Part shown: positions 27,517 through 39,425 of the stretch, piece after piece
Layout of the letters: every line of letters begins with the position of its first letter
Numbering within the stretch: position 1 is the stretch's first letter
Origin: Candidatus Nanohalarchaeota archaeon
Lineage (GTDB): Archaea > Nanohalarchaeota > Nanosalinia > Nanosalinales > Nanosalinaceae
NCBI GenBank assembly: GCA_022729235.1
Contig: JALDAJ010000001.1
Location: 224,001-288,000, forward strand
Length of the DNA: 64,000 nt
Reading direction: 5' to 3'
The notes under the pieces: model-generated
What the model saw: only the letters and a program-made list of their open reading frames with translations
Databases searched by the model: none
What the model was told of the DNA's origin: nothing
Program-made: the position numbers and the translations under genes

Positions 27517-28824
27517 ATGAAATCTAGAAACCTCAGAGCCCCTCTTATTTTATTCTTAACCTTATTCCTGGCAGCAGGAGCTCTGGCTCTTGGAGAGGCA
27601 AGTACCTCCAGTTTCGGGAGCGACATGGAAGACAGAGACGTAGATGACGATCTCAGGTCAGGATTCGGAGATGACATCTACGATGAAGGACAGTCTGAAG
27701 AGTCAACCACGTCCAGCTCTGAGTCCACAGATTCGTCTACCCAAAGCACAGATTCAGAAAATGAAGAGACCACAGGAATCTCCTCTGAAGACTTTGGTGG
27801 AGACATAGATGACGAAGGAACATCAAGAGACGGATTCGGAGATGATATAGACGACGAGACAGGTGAGGAAGAAACCGAAGAAACAGAGGATACAGAAGTT
27901 ACGTCTGAAGACTTTGGTGAAGATATAGATGACGAAGGAACATCAAGAGACGGATTCGGAGACGACACAGATGATGAAGGATCACCAAGAGACGGATTCG
28001 GAGACGACACAGATGATGAAGGATCACCAAGAGACGGATTCGGAGACGACGTAGATGACGAATCGCCTGGCGATGGACCGGAAGATGAACCAGCTGACGA
28101 AGAGCAGGATGAAACAGAAGAAAACGAGGAAGAATCCGAGTCAGCTGCTGACGCTATAGACCCAGAACTCTCCTCTTCAGTCTGGCCCGGAACAGTGAAC
28201 ATAGGAGAGACTGTAACCGTTACAGGCAACGTCGTGGGAGTGGAAGATGAAGAGCTGACCGTCATGACCAACACAGGGATAGTCTCAACAGAACAAGTAG
28301 ATGGACAGCAGACCTTCCAGACCACGTTCACTCCTGAAGAGACAGGTACACACGAAGTAGAAGTTGTGGTAGGAGAACTCAGCGAGACCCACGATATCGA
28401 AGTACAGTCTACAGTAGATATCGAATCAATCACCTGGCCGAGTTCAGTTGAAGAAGGAGAGAGCTTCCAGGTATGCGCCGAAGTCTCTTCCGAGGAAGAC
28501 CCCGAGGTCAGACTGCTAAAGGATGGAGCACAGGTCGAGGTTAAGACAGGAGACGGCACGAAATGCTTCACGACACAGCTCCACCAGGTAGGCGACCACC
28601 AGTTAACGGTCGAAGCAGAAGTTGACGGGGACAGCGACACGGAGACAACAACAGTAAATGCCTACACAGTAGCGACCGGTACAGAACCTCAGAACAACCA
28701 GGGTATGATAGGAAGCTTCATGGACTCCATGTCCGCGAACCTCGGACTTGTGATTGCCGCTATACTGGCAGTCGCACTCGCAGGGTATGTCTACAGCAGT
28801 AGCAGAAGCCGGAGCAAAACCTGA
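27517..28824 (+). CDS. Surface protein: signal peptide, acidic FG-D repeats, two Ig-like domains, C-terminal TM anchor
   Basis: About 8 xxFGxDxDD units; beta-rich domains; TM plus basic tail. Confidence 0.78.
   Translation: MKSRNLRAPLILFLTLFLAAGALALGEASTSSFGSDMEDRDVDDDLRSGFGDDIYDEGQSEESTTSSSESTDSSTQSTDSENEETTGISSEDFGGDIDDEGTSRDGFGDDIDDETGEEETEETEDTEVTSEDFGEDIDDEGTSRDGFGDDTDDEGSPRDGFGDDTDDEGSPRDGFGDDVDDESPGDGPEDEPADEEQDETEENEEESESAADAIDPELSSSVWPGTVNIGETVTVTGNVVGVEDEELTVMTNTGIVSTEQVDGQQTFQTTFTPEETGTHEVEVVVGELSETHDIEVQSTVDIESITWPSSVEEGESFQVCAEVSSEEDPEVRLLKDGAQVEVKTGDGTKCFTTQLHQVGDHQLTVEAEVDGDSDTETTTVNAYTVATGTEPQNNQGMIGSFMDSMSANLGLVIAAILAVALAGYVYSSSRSRSKT
27947..28060 (+). repeat. 42-bp intragenic tandem repeat (DGFGDDTDDEGSPR)
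   Basis: gagacggattcggagacgacacagatgatgaaggatcaccaa, about 2.7 copies. Confidence 0.85.
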
Positions 28825-28889
28825 CAACCCCCCATTTCCTTTTCATTTTCTCCAGACAGGTACAAAGAAGGTGAAACAGGTGACCGAAG

Positions 28890-29561
28890 ATGAGAGAATA
28901 CCCAGAAAACGACAGTCAAATCCAGGAAGAAAACCCGGAGATAAACCGGAGAGACTACCTGAACGACTACGTAAAGCCTGCAGGAAAGGCTGCTCTGACA
29001 GGGAGTCTTGCAGGATGTTTCCACAGACCGACCGCTCCCAGACTGGAGGAGCGTGTCGAAGAAGTCGAAACCAGTATACGCCGGAACTTCCCCATAGGAG
29101 ACTACAACTTCAACTTTGAATGGAATACCACCGAACTAGATCTTTACCACATAGAGGAGACCAACGTACAGGACGCCAGTAACTTCGGGCTTTACGCAGA
29201 AGTAGACCTTGCCGATGACTCAGATGACCTATTTGGATGGCTGGAAGGAGCCTCCAGGGAAAGACAGGAACAGTTTTTCGAAATCCTCTCAGAACCTATG
29301 TACGACCTGAAGAACGAGATATACAGCGAGCTAAGAGACGCTACAGACCCCCAGAGACCGTTACACCGCAACCGTATAACCGAATACGGCGTACGGATAA
29401 ACGGAAGAAAATGCTCATATATCGAAGACTTCGTGCAGGGAGAAGACATGGACGAAACACTCAGGAGCGCAAGCCACTACAGAGACTACATAGGTACAGG
29501 AGAGGAAGTCCATGTAGAACTTGACAGAGGATGGCCATTCGGACTAGGATGGGTCTGCTAG
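28890..29561 (+). CDS. Putative Tat lipoprotein
   Basis: NRRDYL ... LAGC lipobox. Confidence 0.6.
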   Translation: MREYPENDSQIQEENPEINRRDYLNDYVKPAGKAALTGSLAGCFHRPTAPRLEERVEEVETSIRRNFPIGDYNFNFEWNTTELDLYHIEETNVQDASNFGLYAEVDLADDSDDLFGWLEGASRERQEQFFEILSEPMYDLKNEIYSELRDATDPQRPLHRNRITEYGVRINGRKCSYIEDFVQGEDMDETLRSASHYRDYIGTGEEVHVELDRGWPFGLGWVC

Positions 29562-29639
29562 AAATCCATCCCATAAACTTCTTGACATAATTAAAAAGAT
29601 TCACAACCTCACCCCTTATTGACGACCACGATACAACGT

Positions 29640-29714
29640 GGTGGGGGTAGGTTAGCTGGTCTATACTCCGACCTTGTGGCGGTCGGGACGCGGGTTCGAA
29701 TCCCGCCCCCCGCC
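29640..29714 (+). tRNA. tRNA-His(GTG), encoded G-1, no intron
   Basis: CGACC-TT-GTG-GC-GGTCG; C discriminator. Confidence 0.9.
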
Positions 29715-30875
29715 CTACCTTTCAACACCTGTTTCTCTCGCCGCCTCCTCTACTTTCTCCGCGACATCCATCGCCAGCTCACGATCAAGCGTTTCAGGAA
29801 CTATCTTATCTCTTTCAGACTCTACAAAATTCTTTATCGCCTCAGAGGCAGCCAGCTTCATCTCCTCGTTGATATCTGTTGCTCGGGCATCAAGCGCACC
29901 CCTGAAGACGCCCGGAAATGCAAGCGAGTTGTTCACCTGGTTGTCGAAGTCGGAGCGACCGGTCGCGGTGATGAAAGCTCCCGCGTCCCTCGCATCTTCT
30001 GGCATGATTTCGGGTTCAGGATTGGCGAGCGCGAAAACAACCGGGTCTTCTGCCATGCTCTCGATCATCTCCTCCGAGATGACACCTGCCGTAGAAAGAC
30101 CGATCACGGCGTCAGCACCCTCCATCGCGTCCTCCAGGGAACCCGACTCCTCCCTCGCAAGAGTCTTCTCCGCGAGTTCTGCCTTGTACCCATTTCCGCT
30201 CTCTGGATCCAGTACCCCCGAGGAGTCAACCGGAACAACTTTCTCCGCACCCGCGTTCACGAGAAAGTTCGCGACCGCGATTCCAGATGCTCCCGCACCT
30301 ATTATCACAATCCTCGAATCCTCCAGCGACTTCTCGGCGAGTTCGAGAGCGTTCTCCAGCGCCGCCTTAACTACTATAGCAGTGCCGTGCTGGTCGTCGT
30401 GGAAGACCGGTATATCCAGCTTCTCCTTCAAATCTTCTTCTATCTCGAAGCATTTAGGCGCGGATATATCCTCCAGGTTGATACCTCCAAACGTCGGAGC
30501 CATCCTTTCCACTGATTCGATTATTTTGTCCGTATCCTGAACATCCAGAACAACCGGGAAGCCATCGACATCTCCGAACTTTTTCATCAGGTTTGCCTTC
30601 CCTTCCATGACCGGCATCGATGCCTCCGGACCTATATCACCCAGCCCGAGTACAGCGCTTCCATCACTCACAACTGCGACCAGGTTACCCTTGCTGGTGT
30701 ACTGGTAAGCGTTCTCCCTGTCCCTATCGATCTCGTGACAGGGTTCTGCGACGCCCGGAGTGTAGACCAGTCCGAGGTCTTCCGCGTCATCTATCTCCAC
30801 GGATGGTTCGACACTGATTTTCCCAGGGTTCTTTGAGTGAAGTTCGAGAGCTTCTTCTCTATCTACCATAGACAA
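29715..30875 (-). CDS. NAD(P)-dependent malic enzyme
   Basis: [44 protein letters not shown]. Confidence 0.95.
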   Translation of the reverse strand: MSMVDREEALELHSKNPGKISVEPSVEIDDAEDLGLVYTPGVAEPCHEIDRDRENAYQYTSKGNLVAVVSDGSAVLGLGDIGPEASMPVMEGKANLMKKFGDVDGFPVVLDVQDTDKIIESVERMAPTFGGINLEDISAPKCFEIEEDLKEKLDIPVFHDDQHGTAIVVKAALENALELAEKSLEDSRIVIIGAGASGIAVANFLVNAGAEKVVPVDSSGVLDPESGNGYKAELAEKTLAREESGSLEDAMEGADAVIGLSTAGVISEEMIESMAEDPVVFALANPEPEIMPEDARDAGAFITATGRSDFDNQVNNSLAFPGVFRGALDARATDINEEMKLAASEAIKNFVESERDKIVPETLDRELAMDVAEKVEEAARETGVER

Positions 30876-30961
30876 ACCTGATTATCCCAGGAATTTAATC
30901 ATACCTACTTTACCTTGAGGTCACCAAAACAGCTAAAAGATAATTTATATTACCATGTAAT

Positions 30962-32188
30962 ATGTCCGAACTGGAAGACGCGCGTCAGAACCTGGAAGAA
31001 GCATTAAACGCCATAGGTAAGGAAGAATACTACGATCACCTGAAGCACCCTGAACGTTTCGTTGAAGTGAATTTTCCTGTATCAATGGACGACGGCTCGA
31101 AAAAAGTTTTTACCGGCTACCGTTCACAGCACTCGACCGTCCGAGGTCCTGGAAAAGGAGGTATCCGTTTCTCACCCAATGTCAACGAGGAGGAAGTAAA
31201 GGCGCTGTCTATCTGGATGAGCCTGAAGTGCGCAGTAGCAGATATCCCCTACGGCGGTGCGAAAGGAGGAGTGATTGTAGACACAGAAGAGATCTCACAT
31301 GCAGAAGAAGAGCGCCTATCCCGCAGGTACATCGATGCAATAGCAGAAGTGATAGGCGTGAACCACGATGTCCCGGCGCCGGACATGAACACTACAAGCA
31401 AGCACATGGCGTGGATGATGGACGAATACAGCAGCGACAACCGGGAACACCGTCCAGGAGTAATAACCGGGAAACCCGTAGAAGCTTTCGGAAGCGAAGG
31501 CAGAGATGTCGCAACCGGATACGGTGCTGCATATGTTATAGAGAGGATAATAGAAGACGAGAATTTAAACCCTGATGAACTTACCGCTGCGATCCAGGGA
31601 TTCGGTAATGCGGCATCACCTGCGGTCAAGAAACTTATCGATATGGGTGTGAACGTCGTCGCGGTCTCCGACCACATCGGCGCCACCTACAACGAGAACG
31701 GGTTCACCCGGGAAGAGTTGACCAGCTGCGACAATGATCCGGGAATAGTATGTAAAGCCGGAGAAGACCTGGAAAACGGCGAACTCCTGGAGCTTGAAGT
31801 CGACTTCCTGGTACCCGCAGCTATCGAGAACGTGATAACGGAAGAAAACGCGGACAACGTCTCCGCGGACTACGTAGTGGAAATCGCGAACGGACCTACC
31901 ACTAGAGAGGCGGACGAGATACTGGAAGAAAAAGACATCACAATGGTCCCGGGTATCCTCGCGAACTCGGGCGGAGTAACTGTCTCCTACTACGAATGGG
32001 TTCAGAACCGGACCGGAGAGTACTGGACGAAAGAAGAAGTGCTGGAAAGACTGAGGGAAAACATCCAGAACGCCTACGAACAGTTCAGGCAGGTACAGGA
32101 GGAAGAAGATGTCTACGGACGCCAGGCAGCCTACATTATGGGTGCCAGAAAAATAGTCGAGGCACTTGAGTCACGCGAATACATGTGA
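30962..32188 (+). CDS. gdhA: Glutamate dehydrogenase (Glu/Leu/Phe/Val family)
   Basis: GPGKGGIR, PYGGAKGG, VPAPD, QGFGN, ANSGGVTVSYYEW. Confidence 0.92.
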   Translation: MSELEDARQNLEEALNAIGKEEYYDHLKHPERFVEVNFPVSMDDGSKKVFTGYRSQHSTVRGPGKGGIRFSPNVNEEEVKALSIWMSLKCAVADIPYGGAKGGVIVDTEEISHAEEERLSRRYIDAIAEVIGVNHDVPAPDMNTTSKHMAWMMDEYSSDNREHRPGVITGKPVEAFGSEGRDVATGYGAAYVIERIIEDENLNPDELTAAIQGFGNAASPAVKKLIDMGVNVVAVSDHIGATYNENGFTREELTSCDNDPGIVCKAGEDLENGELLELEVDFLVPAAIENVITEENADNVSADYVVEIANGPTTREADEILEEKDITMVPGILANSGGVTVSYYEWVQNRTGEYWTKEEVLERLRENIQNAYEQFRQVQEEEDVYGRQAAYIMGARKIVEALESREYM

Positions 32189-32230
32189 CTCCCGTCCGAT
32201 CCACATCAAACATTCAAACGAGTCTAACCC

Positions 32231-32238
32231 TTTATAAG
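32231..32238 (+). promoter_or_regulatory. Probable TATA box of the 16S rRNA transcript
   Basis: tttataag about 320 bp upstream of 16S. Confidence 0.5.
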
Positions 32239-32467
32239 ATTTAACGGCGACTGTAATCTTGCTCGCAGCGATACACAAGTTGCGGGCGTAAATGAAATGC
32301 CCAAGACATAAACTCTGTATAGAGTTTATTATCACAGGAGGCTCTCGACGAGTTTCCGGGAGGGCGAAGATGAGCGTCATATTTTTTGATGTGATGTAGG
32401 AAGAGACGGAACTTTGATAGCATCCATGCGGAGCTGTCTTATGTTTGACAGCTCCACGGTGTGTTCC

Positions 32468-32523
32468 ACGGCTTTCTCCGTTCAGGAGATAGCCGTTTGA
32501 GAAACCTGTTCTGCAGGTTTCGA
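32468..32523 (+). repeat. Two-hairpin palindromic element in the 16S leader
   Basis: acggctttctcc-gttca-ggagatagccgt ttga-gaaacctg-ttctg-caggtttc-ga. Confidence 0.78.
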
Positions 32524-32553
32524 CGTCAGAACCCTCCAACATTTGTTGGAGCA

Positions 32554-34027
<1,474 letters not shown>

Positions 34028-34196
34028 GAAAACTTAGCTTCTGCCACACAACCGGCAGAAGCCTCACACATCACTTCCAGGAACGCTATCAGCCTGGAAT
34101 GAGAATCCGTCTCTTCTTACATCCTTTACTTTTTGCTTTCTCTGAACTTTTTCCGAAAACTTTTAATACGCAGAAAAACAATGTTACTATGTTACA

Positions 34197-34613
34197 ATGA
34201 CAAAAATGAAGGATTATACAGAGCTAGCAAGTCAGGAAGAATCCGATTTGGAACTCAGAAGAGTAGAAGTAGCCGAATATAACTCGAAAGAGTGGGTATA
34301 TCAAATATGGAGAAACCAAGACACAGAGGAAGACTATGTCAGTGTCCTAGGTGAGCTAGAAAATACTAGCGAATACTGCAAAAATCACAGGTTTGAAGGA
34401 GACATAGAGGAACATATTCTGGAAGACGATAGGGTATACAAATGGAGTCCTTCAAATACTGAAACCGAAGCTACCGTAGTATCTGTCCACAAGTACGACG
34501 AAAAAGATAGACCTGAAACCGCAGCCAGCATCAAAGCATTGGACAAAAACGGAGAAGATGCCGAAGATTTAGAAACCATCTTAGAATCTAACCTAAATCA
34601 AGATCCTGTATAA
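34197..34613 (+). CDS. Hypothetical protein
   Basis: Acidic ORF, AT-rich codons. Confidence 0.6.
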   Translation: MTKMKDYTELASQEESDLELRRVEVAEYNSKEWVYQIWRNQDTEEDYVSVLGELENTSEYCKNHRFEGDIEEHILEDDRVYKWSPSNTETEATVVSVHKYDEKDRPETAASIKALDKNGEDAEDLETILESNLNQDPV

Positions 34614-34684
34614 TATACCTGTACATACCTCTGCATCCCTCAGACTGTAAAGAAGGGTTTATAAACAGTCGAGAAACCCAGTGC

Positions 34685-35029
34685 ATGAGTCACGCCGATG
34701 CCTCGACCGAGCACTCTGGAAGATCAGCCGCGTATGAAGCAACTAGAAGCCTGGAAGAAGATCTTGATCCTCTCAGACCCTCTGAAACCGACATCAATCT
34801 TTCAAGAGAGTACCGATCCGATGAAAACACATTAATCCTCAGTTACGAGGCGATCCCTACCGAGTTCGCAGAACAAGAACTCGAGGACGCTGAAAAAGCT
34901 AGCGGAAAACGCCGACTGAAACCAAAAACAGAGGAGAAAGCAAAAAATCTCTACGAAGGATGGCTAGAGGCGTTCAGCGAACTTCATGCCAGGTCAATCT
35001 TATACGAACCTTGGGACTCCAACATCTAA
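34685..35029 (+). CDS. Hypothetical protein
   Basis: Acidic ORF with upstream tttataaa. Confidence 0.55.
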   Translation: MSHADASTEHSGRSAAYEATRSLEEDLDPLRPSETDINLSREYRSDENTLILSYEAIPTEFAEQELEDAEKASGKRRLKPKTEEKAKNLYEGWLEAFSELHARSILYEPWDSNI

Positions 35030-35170
35030 GGAAACTGATTACAACCGCGTACAAGAACCATTGCATAATATTTCGCCCCCCTCAAAATGAAGCACCTGTT
35101 TTACATATCGCTGTCAACCCTCGCCGCGTTCTCCACCTGGAAGAAGCGATCGGAAACATCATAACACCTC

Positions 35171-35617
35171 ATGATAACTTTCCAGTTAATGACAGAGGAG
35201 TTATGCCGTGTAGGTATAGTGGCCGTAATCCGTGACGAAAACAACCGCTTCCTGATGGAAAAAAGAAAGAATCCGGAAGAAGAGGACAACTACTGGGGGC
35301 TAATCGCGGGCGGTAAGAAAGCAGATGAGAACAGCCTGGAAGCCGCGGAAAGAGAGGTAATGGAGGAGACCGGTACAGACTTCCACCCAGAAGAAATCGT
35401 CGGGATAGTAGAGCACAACGACCAGAGAGGAGACAGCACCTCCTGGACCGTAGTAGTAGTTGAAGGCGCCATCAACGGCGAACCAGGAAATATGGAGCCA
35501 GAGAAACGAGAAGAAATCACCTGGAAGAAAGAAGACGAATTACCGGACAACCTGCACCCTACAACAGAACTGGCGCTCGATATACTCGAAAAAGACGCGA
35601 TGCATCCGGAACTATAG
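35171..35617 (+). CDS. NUDIX hydrolase (start possibly 35189)
   Basis: AGGKK..EN..EAAEREVMEETG, NMEPEK. Confidence 0.9.
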   Translation: MITFQLMTEELCRVGIVAVIRDENNRFLMEKRKNPEEEDNYWGLIAGGKKADENSLEAAEREVMEETGTDFHPEEIVGIVEHNDQRGDSTSWTVVVVEGAINGEPGNMEPEKREEITWKKEDELPDNLHPTTELALDILEKDAMHPEL

Positions 35618-35634
35618 AAAAACAGCACAATTGA

Positions 35635-35729
35635 TGGACCCTCAGGGATTCGAAAATCGAAGATTTTCTTCTCCTCAGAACTCTGCCGAGTTCTTCAGTT
35701 TGAAGAAATCCCTGATGTAAACTGAAGAG
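35635..35729 (-). repeat. Inverted copy, hairpins and direct copy of the tRNA-Ala 3' end
   Basis: tggaccctcagggattcgaa (35635) vs tggaccctcagggatttgaa (35730); core agaaaatc-ttc-gattttcgaa on the minus strand. Confidence 0.82.
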
Positions 35730-35878
35730 TGGACCCTCAGGGATTTGAACCCTGGGCCTTCCGCTGTTTTGGCCTAATTCCGCCGTAGGCGGCGACCACC
35801 GAAGTGTGGTCCTTGCGTGCCGCACGAGCGTAACCAGGCGTGCAAAGCGGACGTTCTGCCAGGCTGAACTAAGGGCCC
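35730..35878 (-). tRNA. tRNA-Ala(TGC) with 75-nt intron 35766-35840
   Basis: GGGCCCT/AGGGTCC with G3-U70, anticodon TGC, canonical BHB. Confidence 0.93.
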
Positions 35879-35950
35879 GAACGTATACTGTTGTAGTTGG
35901 TTGGTAGTTTTTTAAAGTGAAAAGTTATCCTGGAATGACATCTGGTTACC

Positions 35951-35960
35951 TTATTTAAAG
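35951..35960 (+). promoter_or_regulatory. Probable TATA box of an independent 23S transcript
   Basis: ttatttaaag divergent from tRNA-Ala. Confidence 0.45.
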
Positions 35961-36286
35961 GTTAAGTCTGATTCTTTGGATGCGGGACAATGAAATGAGA
36001 AGGATTATCTCGGATTCGTCTTTTTGCCTATAGAGTCCCGCTCTTGTCTTCCTTGCTTGATAGGCGGGGAGGATTATCTACCTATAAGGGGCGTCCCGTT
36101 GCGGATGTCCTTAGCACGAAAATGTCGCCTGACGCGAGGAGGATGGTGACAAGTAGTGCCACGCACGAGCAGATTTTTTGCGTGAAGCAGGTCCGGCCGC
36201 AATTTTACAAGTGATCCACCGGGCGTCTGTTTCTCGGCTCTGCCGAGAGATGGAGCATATCAAGTTGGTGCCTGACGTTGGATTGC

Positions 36287-39205
36287 TGGTACACAGCCGG
36301 TTAGCGAATGGCTCGGTTCGAGAAGCCGATGAAGGACGTGGCAAGCTGCGATAAGCTTGGGTAAGGCGCATGCAGCCCTAGAGCCCAAGATTTCCTAATG
36401 CGACCTCGTAGGTCGCTTCGGCGACCTAGCCCGCAAGGGCAGGGAACGCGGTGAACTGAAACATCTTAGTAGCCGCAGGAAGAAAAATCAACTGAGATCT
36501 CCTTAGTAGTGGCGAACGAAGGGGAGATAGCGCAAACTGAATCCGCATCTGTGAAGATGCTGGACATGTGGTTCGGCCGTCCGTAGGGACCGCGTCGTGT
36601 AGTCGAAGTCCTCTGGAAAGAGGCGCCGTAGAGAGTGATAGCCTCGTAGACGATCGCGACAACGTTCTGGGACGTGCCAAGAGTAGCATGGGTTGGAAAT
36701 CCTGTGTGAACTGGGAGGCACTACCTTCCAACGCTAAATACTTCTCGAATCCGATAGCGCACTAAGTAGTGTGAACGAAAGCTGAAAAGTACCCTTTACA
36801 GGGGGTTCAAAGACCCTGAAACTAACCGGTGATAGGCTAGGCAGGGCGTGGAAGCTTCGAAACCTTTCAACGAGCCAGTCGAGAGACTGTAGTAGGACAA
36901 GGTGGAGCAGCGTCCTGTCATCCGTTTTGAAAAACGGGGCAGGGAGTGTACTGCCGTGGCGAGACTAAGTCGTTTACGCGATGGAGTCGTAGCGAAAGCA
37001 AGAAGCCCGCAGTTTACGAGGGGTCACGTGTTAACTCGCGTGAAGTCACCGCAGTACGATCCGAAACCGGTCGATCCTGGCCTGGGCAGGTTGAAGCGCA
37101 GCGAAAGCTGCGTGGAGGACCGCAAGCGGTGCTGTGATACAAGCGCTCGCGTGACCTGGGTCAAGGGGTGAAATGTCAATCGAGATCGGTGATGGCTGGT
37201 TCCTCTCAAAATGGGCCGAAGTCCAGCCTTGGACGAGCCGGCTAACGAGGTAAAGCGACTGATTCCGACTCCCTAGGGTTTCCCTAGGGCCGGAGTCAAA
37301 CTCTGAACTCGTTAGCGGTGTAGACTCCAGGAGTCAGGGACGGTGCGTAAGGTACCGTTCCGAGAGGGAAACAACCCAGAGCAAGGTTAAGGCCCCCAAT
37401 TCCTGACTAAGTGCCCATGAAGGGCGTCTCAGTTCTCAGACAGCGGGAAGGTTAGCTTAGAAGCAGCTACCCTTTAAAGAAAGCGTAACAGCTCACCCGT
37501 TGAGGACCGAGGCACCTAAAATGGACGGGGCTCAAGTCAGGAGCCGATACCTTGCCATTGTTTCTACAATGGATAGAGAGGCGATCCGTTCGGACGGAAG
37601 CATGGACGTGAGTTCGTGTGGACCGTGCGGATACGAAGATCCTGCCGGTAGTACCAGCGTCAACAAGAGTGAGAATCTCTTGCGCCGCAAGAGGAAGGGT
37701 TCCTCGGCAATGATTATCAGCTGAGGGTTAGCCGGTCCTAATCCCGCTCCTAACTGGACGCGGGAGAATTGGGAAGCAGGTTAATATTCCTGCGCCTACC
37801 CACGATAACCGACGTTTCGGGATAGCGGAAACTGCGCCTTCGCGCAGTCTAAACTGTTAATGCGGGCGAGCGTAATGCTTCGACCCCGTGAAACAGTGAA
37901 TGGCCTGGGAATTATCCCGGGTTTCCGTGAGTCCTGGAACCTTTGAAAAGGTGTGGGAGTCCGTACCCAGAACTAGCACAAGTCCTCTGGCTGATTAGGC
38001 TAAGGCGTTTCGGGCACAACTCGGCTCAGGGAATTCGGCAAGTTAGCTCCGTACCTTCGGAAGATGGAGTGCCTATCCTCTCGATAGGATAGGTCTCAGT
38101 GACCAGGGGGGCTCGACTGTTTACTAAAAACACATCCGACTGCCAGTCCGAAAGGATTTGTATAGTCGGAGACCCTTGCCCAGTGCCAGCACCTGAACAC
38201 CCCGTACATGGGGACGAAGGGCTGGTAAACGGCGGCGGTAACTATGACCGTCTTAAGGTAGCGTAGTCCCTTGCCAGTTAATTACTGGCCCGCATCAATA
38301 GGGCAACGAGGTCCCCACTGTCCCGAGCCGTGGCCCGGTGAACCCGCCGTACCGGCGCACAGGCCGGTGACTCCCGGTGGGAAGCGAAGACCCTGTGAAC
38401 CTTTACTGCAGTCTGTCGTTGCTGCGGGGGTCCAGGTGTGAAGTGTAGGTAGGAGACGTTACAGAGACGCAGGCGCTAGCCTGTCGCCCAGTCGACCATG
38501 GGACACTACCCTCTTGGAACCCTGCGGCTTACGTCTACGGACGGACAGCGGCAGCTGGGCAGTTTAACTGGGGCGGTATCCCTCTGATAACGAATCAGAG
38601 GGGTCCAAAGGTAGGCTCAGCCCGGTCAGAAATCGGGCGTAGAGTACAAGGATAAAAGCCTGCCTGACTGGAATCTTACCAATACGGATTCCAGGCGCGA
38701 AAGCGTGGCCTAGCGAACCTCTGTGTGCCAATTAGTGAGGCCCAGGTATGACAGAAAAGGTACTCCAGGGATAACTGGATTGTCTCGGGCGCGAGCTCAC
38801 ATCGACCCCGAGGCTTGTTACTTCGATGTCGGCTCTCCGTATCCTGGCTGTGCAACAGCAGCCAAGGGTGGGGGTGTTCACCCATTAAAACGGATCGTGA
38901 GCTGGGTTTAGATCGGCGTGAGCCAGATCGGTTGCTATCTGCCGGGAGTGTTTATGCGGTTTGAGAGGAAAGTCCGGACAGTACGAAAGGAACCCTGGAC
39001 TGAGGCCTCTGGTGTACCTGTCATCCGAGAGGGTGTTGCAGGGTAGCTACGCCTCACAGGCCTAAAAGCTGAAAGCATCTAAGCTTGAAGGTCTCCTCAA
39101 ACAAGAAACCGCATCCGCTCTCGTACAAGACGAGTTGATAGAGTGGCGGTGTAAGCACCAAGGCAACGAGGTGTTCAGCCGACCACTACTAATCGCGGGT
39201 TTCAC
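36287..39205 (+). rRNA. 23S rRNA (ends approximate)
   Basis: GAACTGAAACATCTTAGTA, GGGATAAC, TCGATGTCGGCTC, GTGAGCTGGGTTTAGA, SRL, GCTGAAAGCATCTAAG; processing stem 36186-36272/39223-39345. Confidence 0.98.
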
Positions 39206-39247
39206 AGCAATTCCACACGGACGGCACCAACTTGAGCTCTAACAACT

Positions 39248-39302
39248 ACGACTTACTCCCGTCAGGGAGTTGGTCGTCTGAGAAGACCTCTTTGGTCTTC
39301 GA
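39248..39302 (+). repeat. Two-hairpin palindromic element in the 23S 3' processing arm
   Basis: acgacttactcc..gggagttggtcgt ctga-gaagacc-tcttt-ggtcttc-ga. Confidence 0.85.
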
Positions 39303-39425
39303 AACAGGTGCCTGGTGGATCACTTACCCAACGGCCGGACCTGCTAAGGTATACTTTTTCTGTATTTCTATCTCTATTTACCAGATAGAGAAAGATTTTT
39401 CTGCTACAATAGGACTAAACATACT

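Noticed and set aside
27780-28060. CRISPR-like repeats
   Set aside because: In-frame coding repeats without unique spacers; no cas genes.
29619-30540. Long plus-strand ORFs opposite malic enzyme, and similar Ser/Phe-rich shadows elsewhere
   Set aside because: Antisense shadows produced by biased Glu/Asp codon usage.
39206-39345. 5S rRNA after 23S
   Set aside because: No 5S consensus; the sequence pairs with 36186-36272 as the 23S processing stem.
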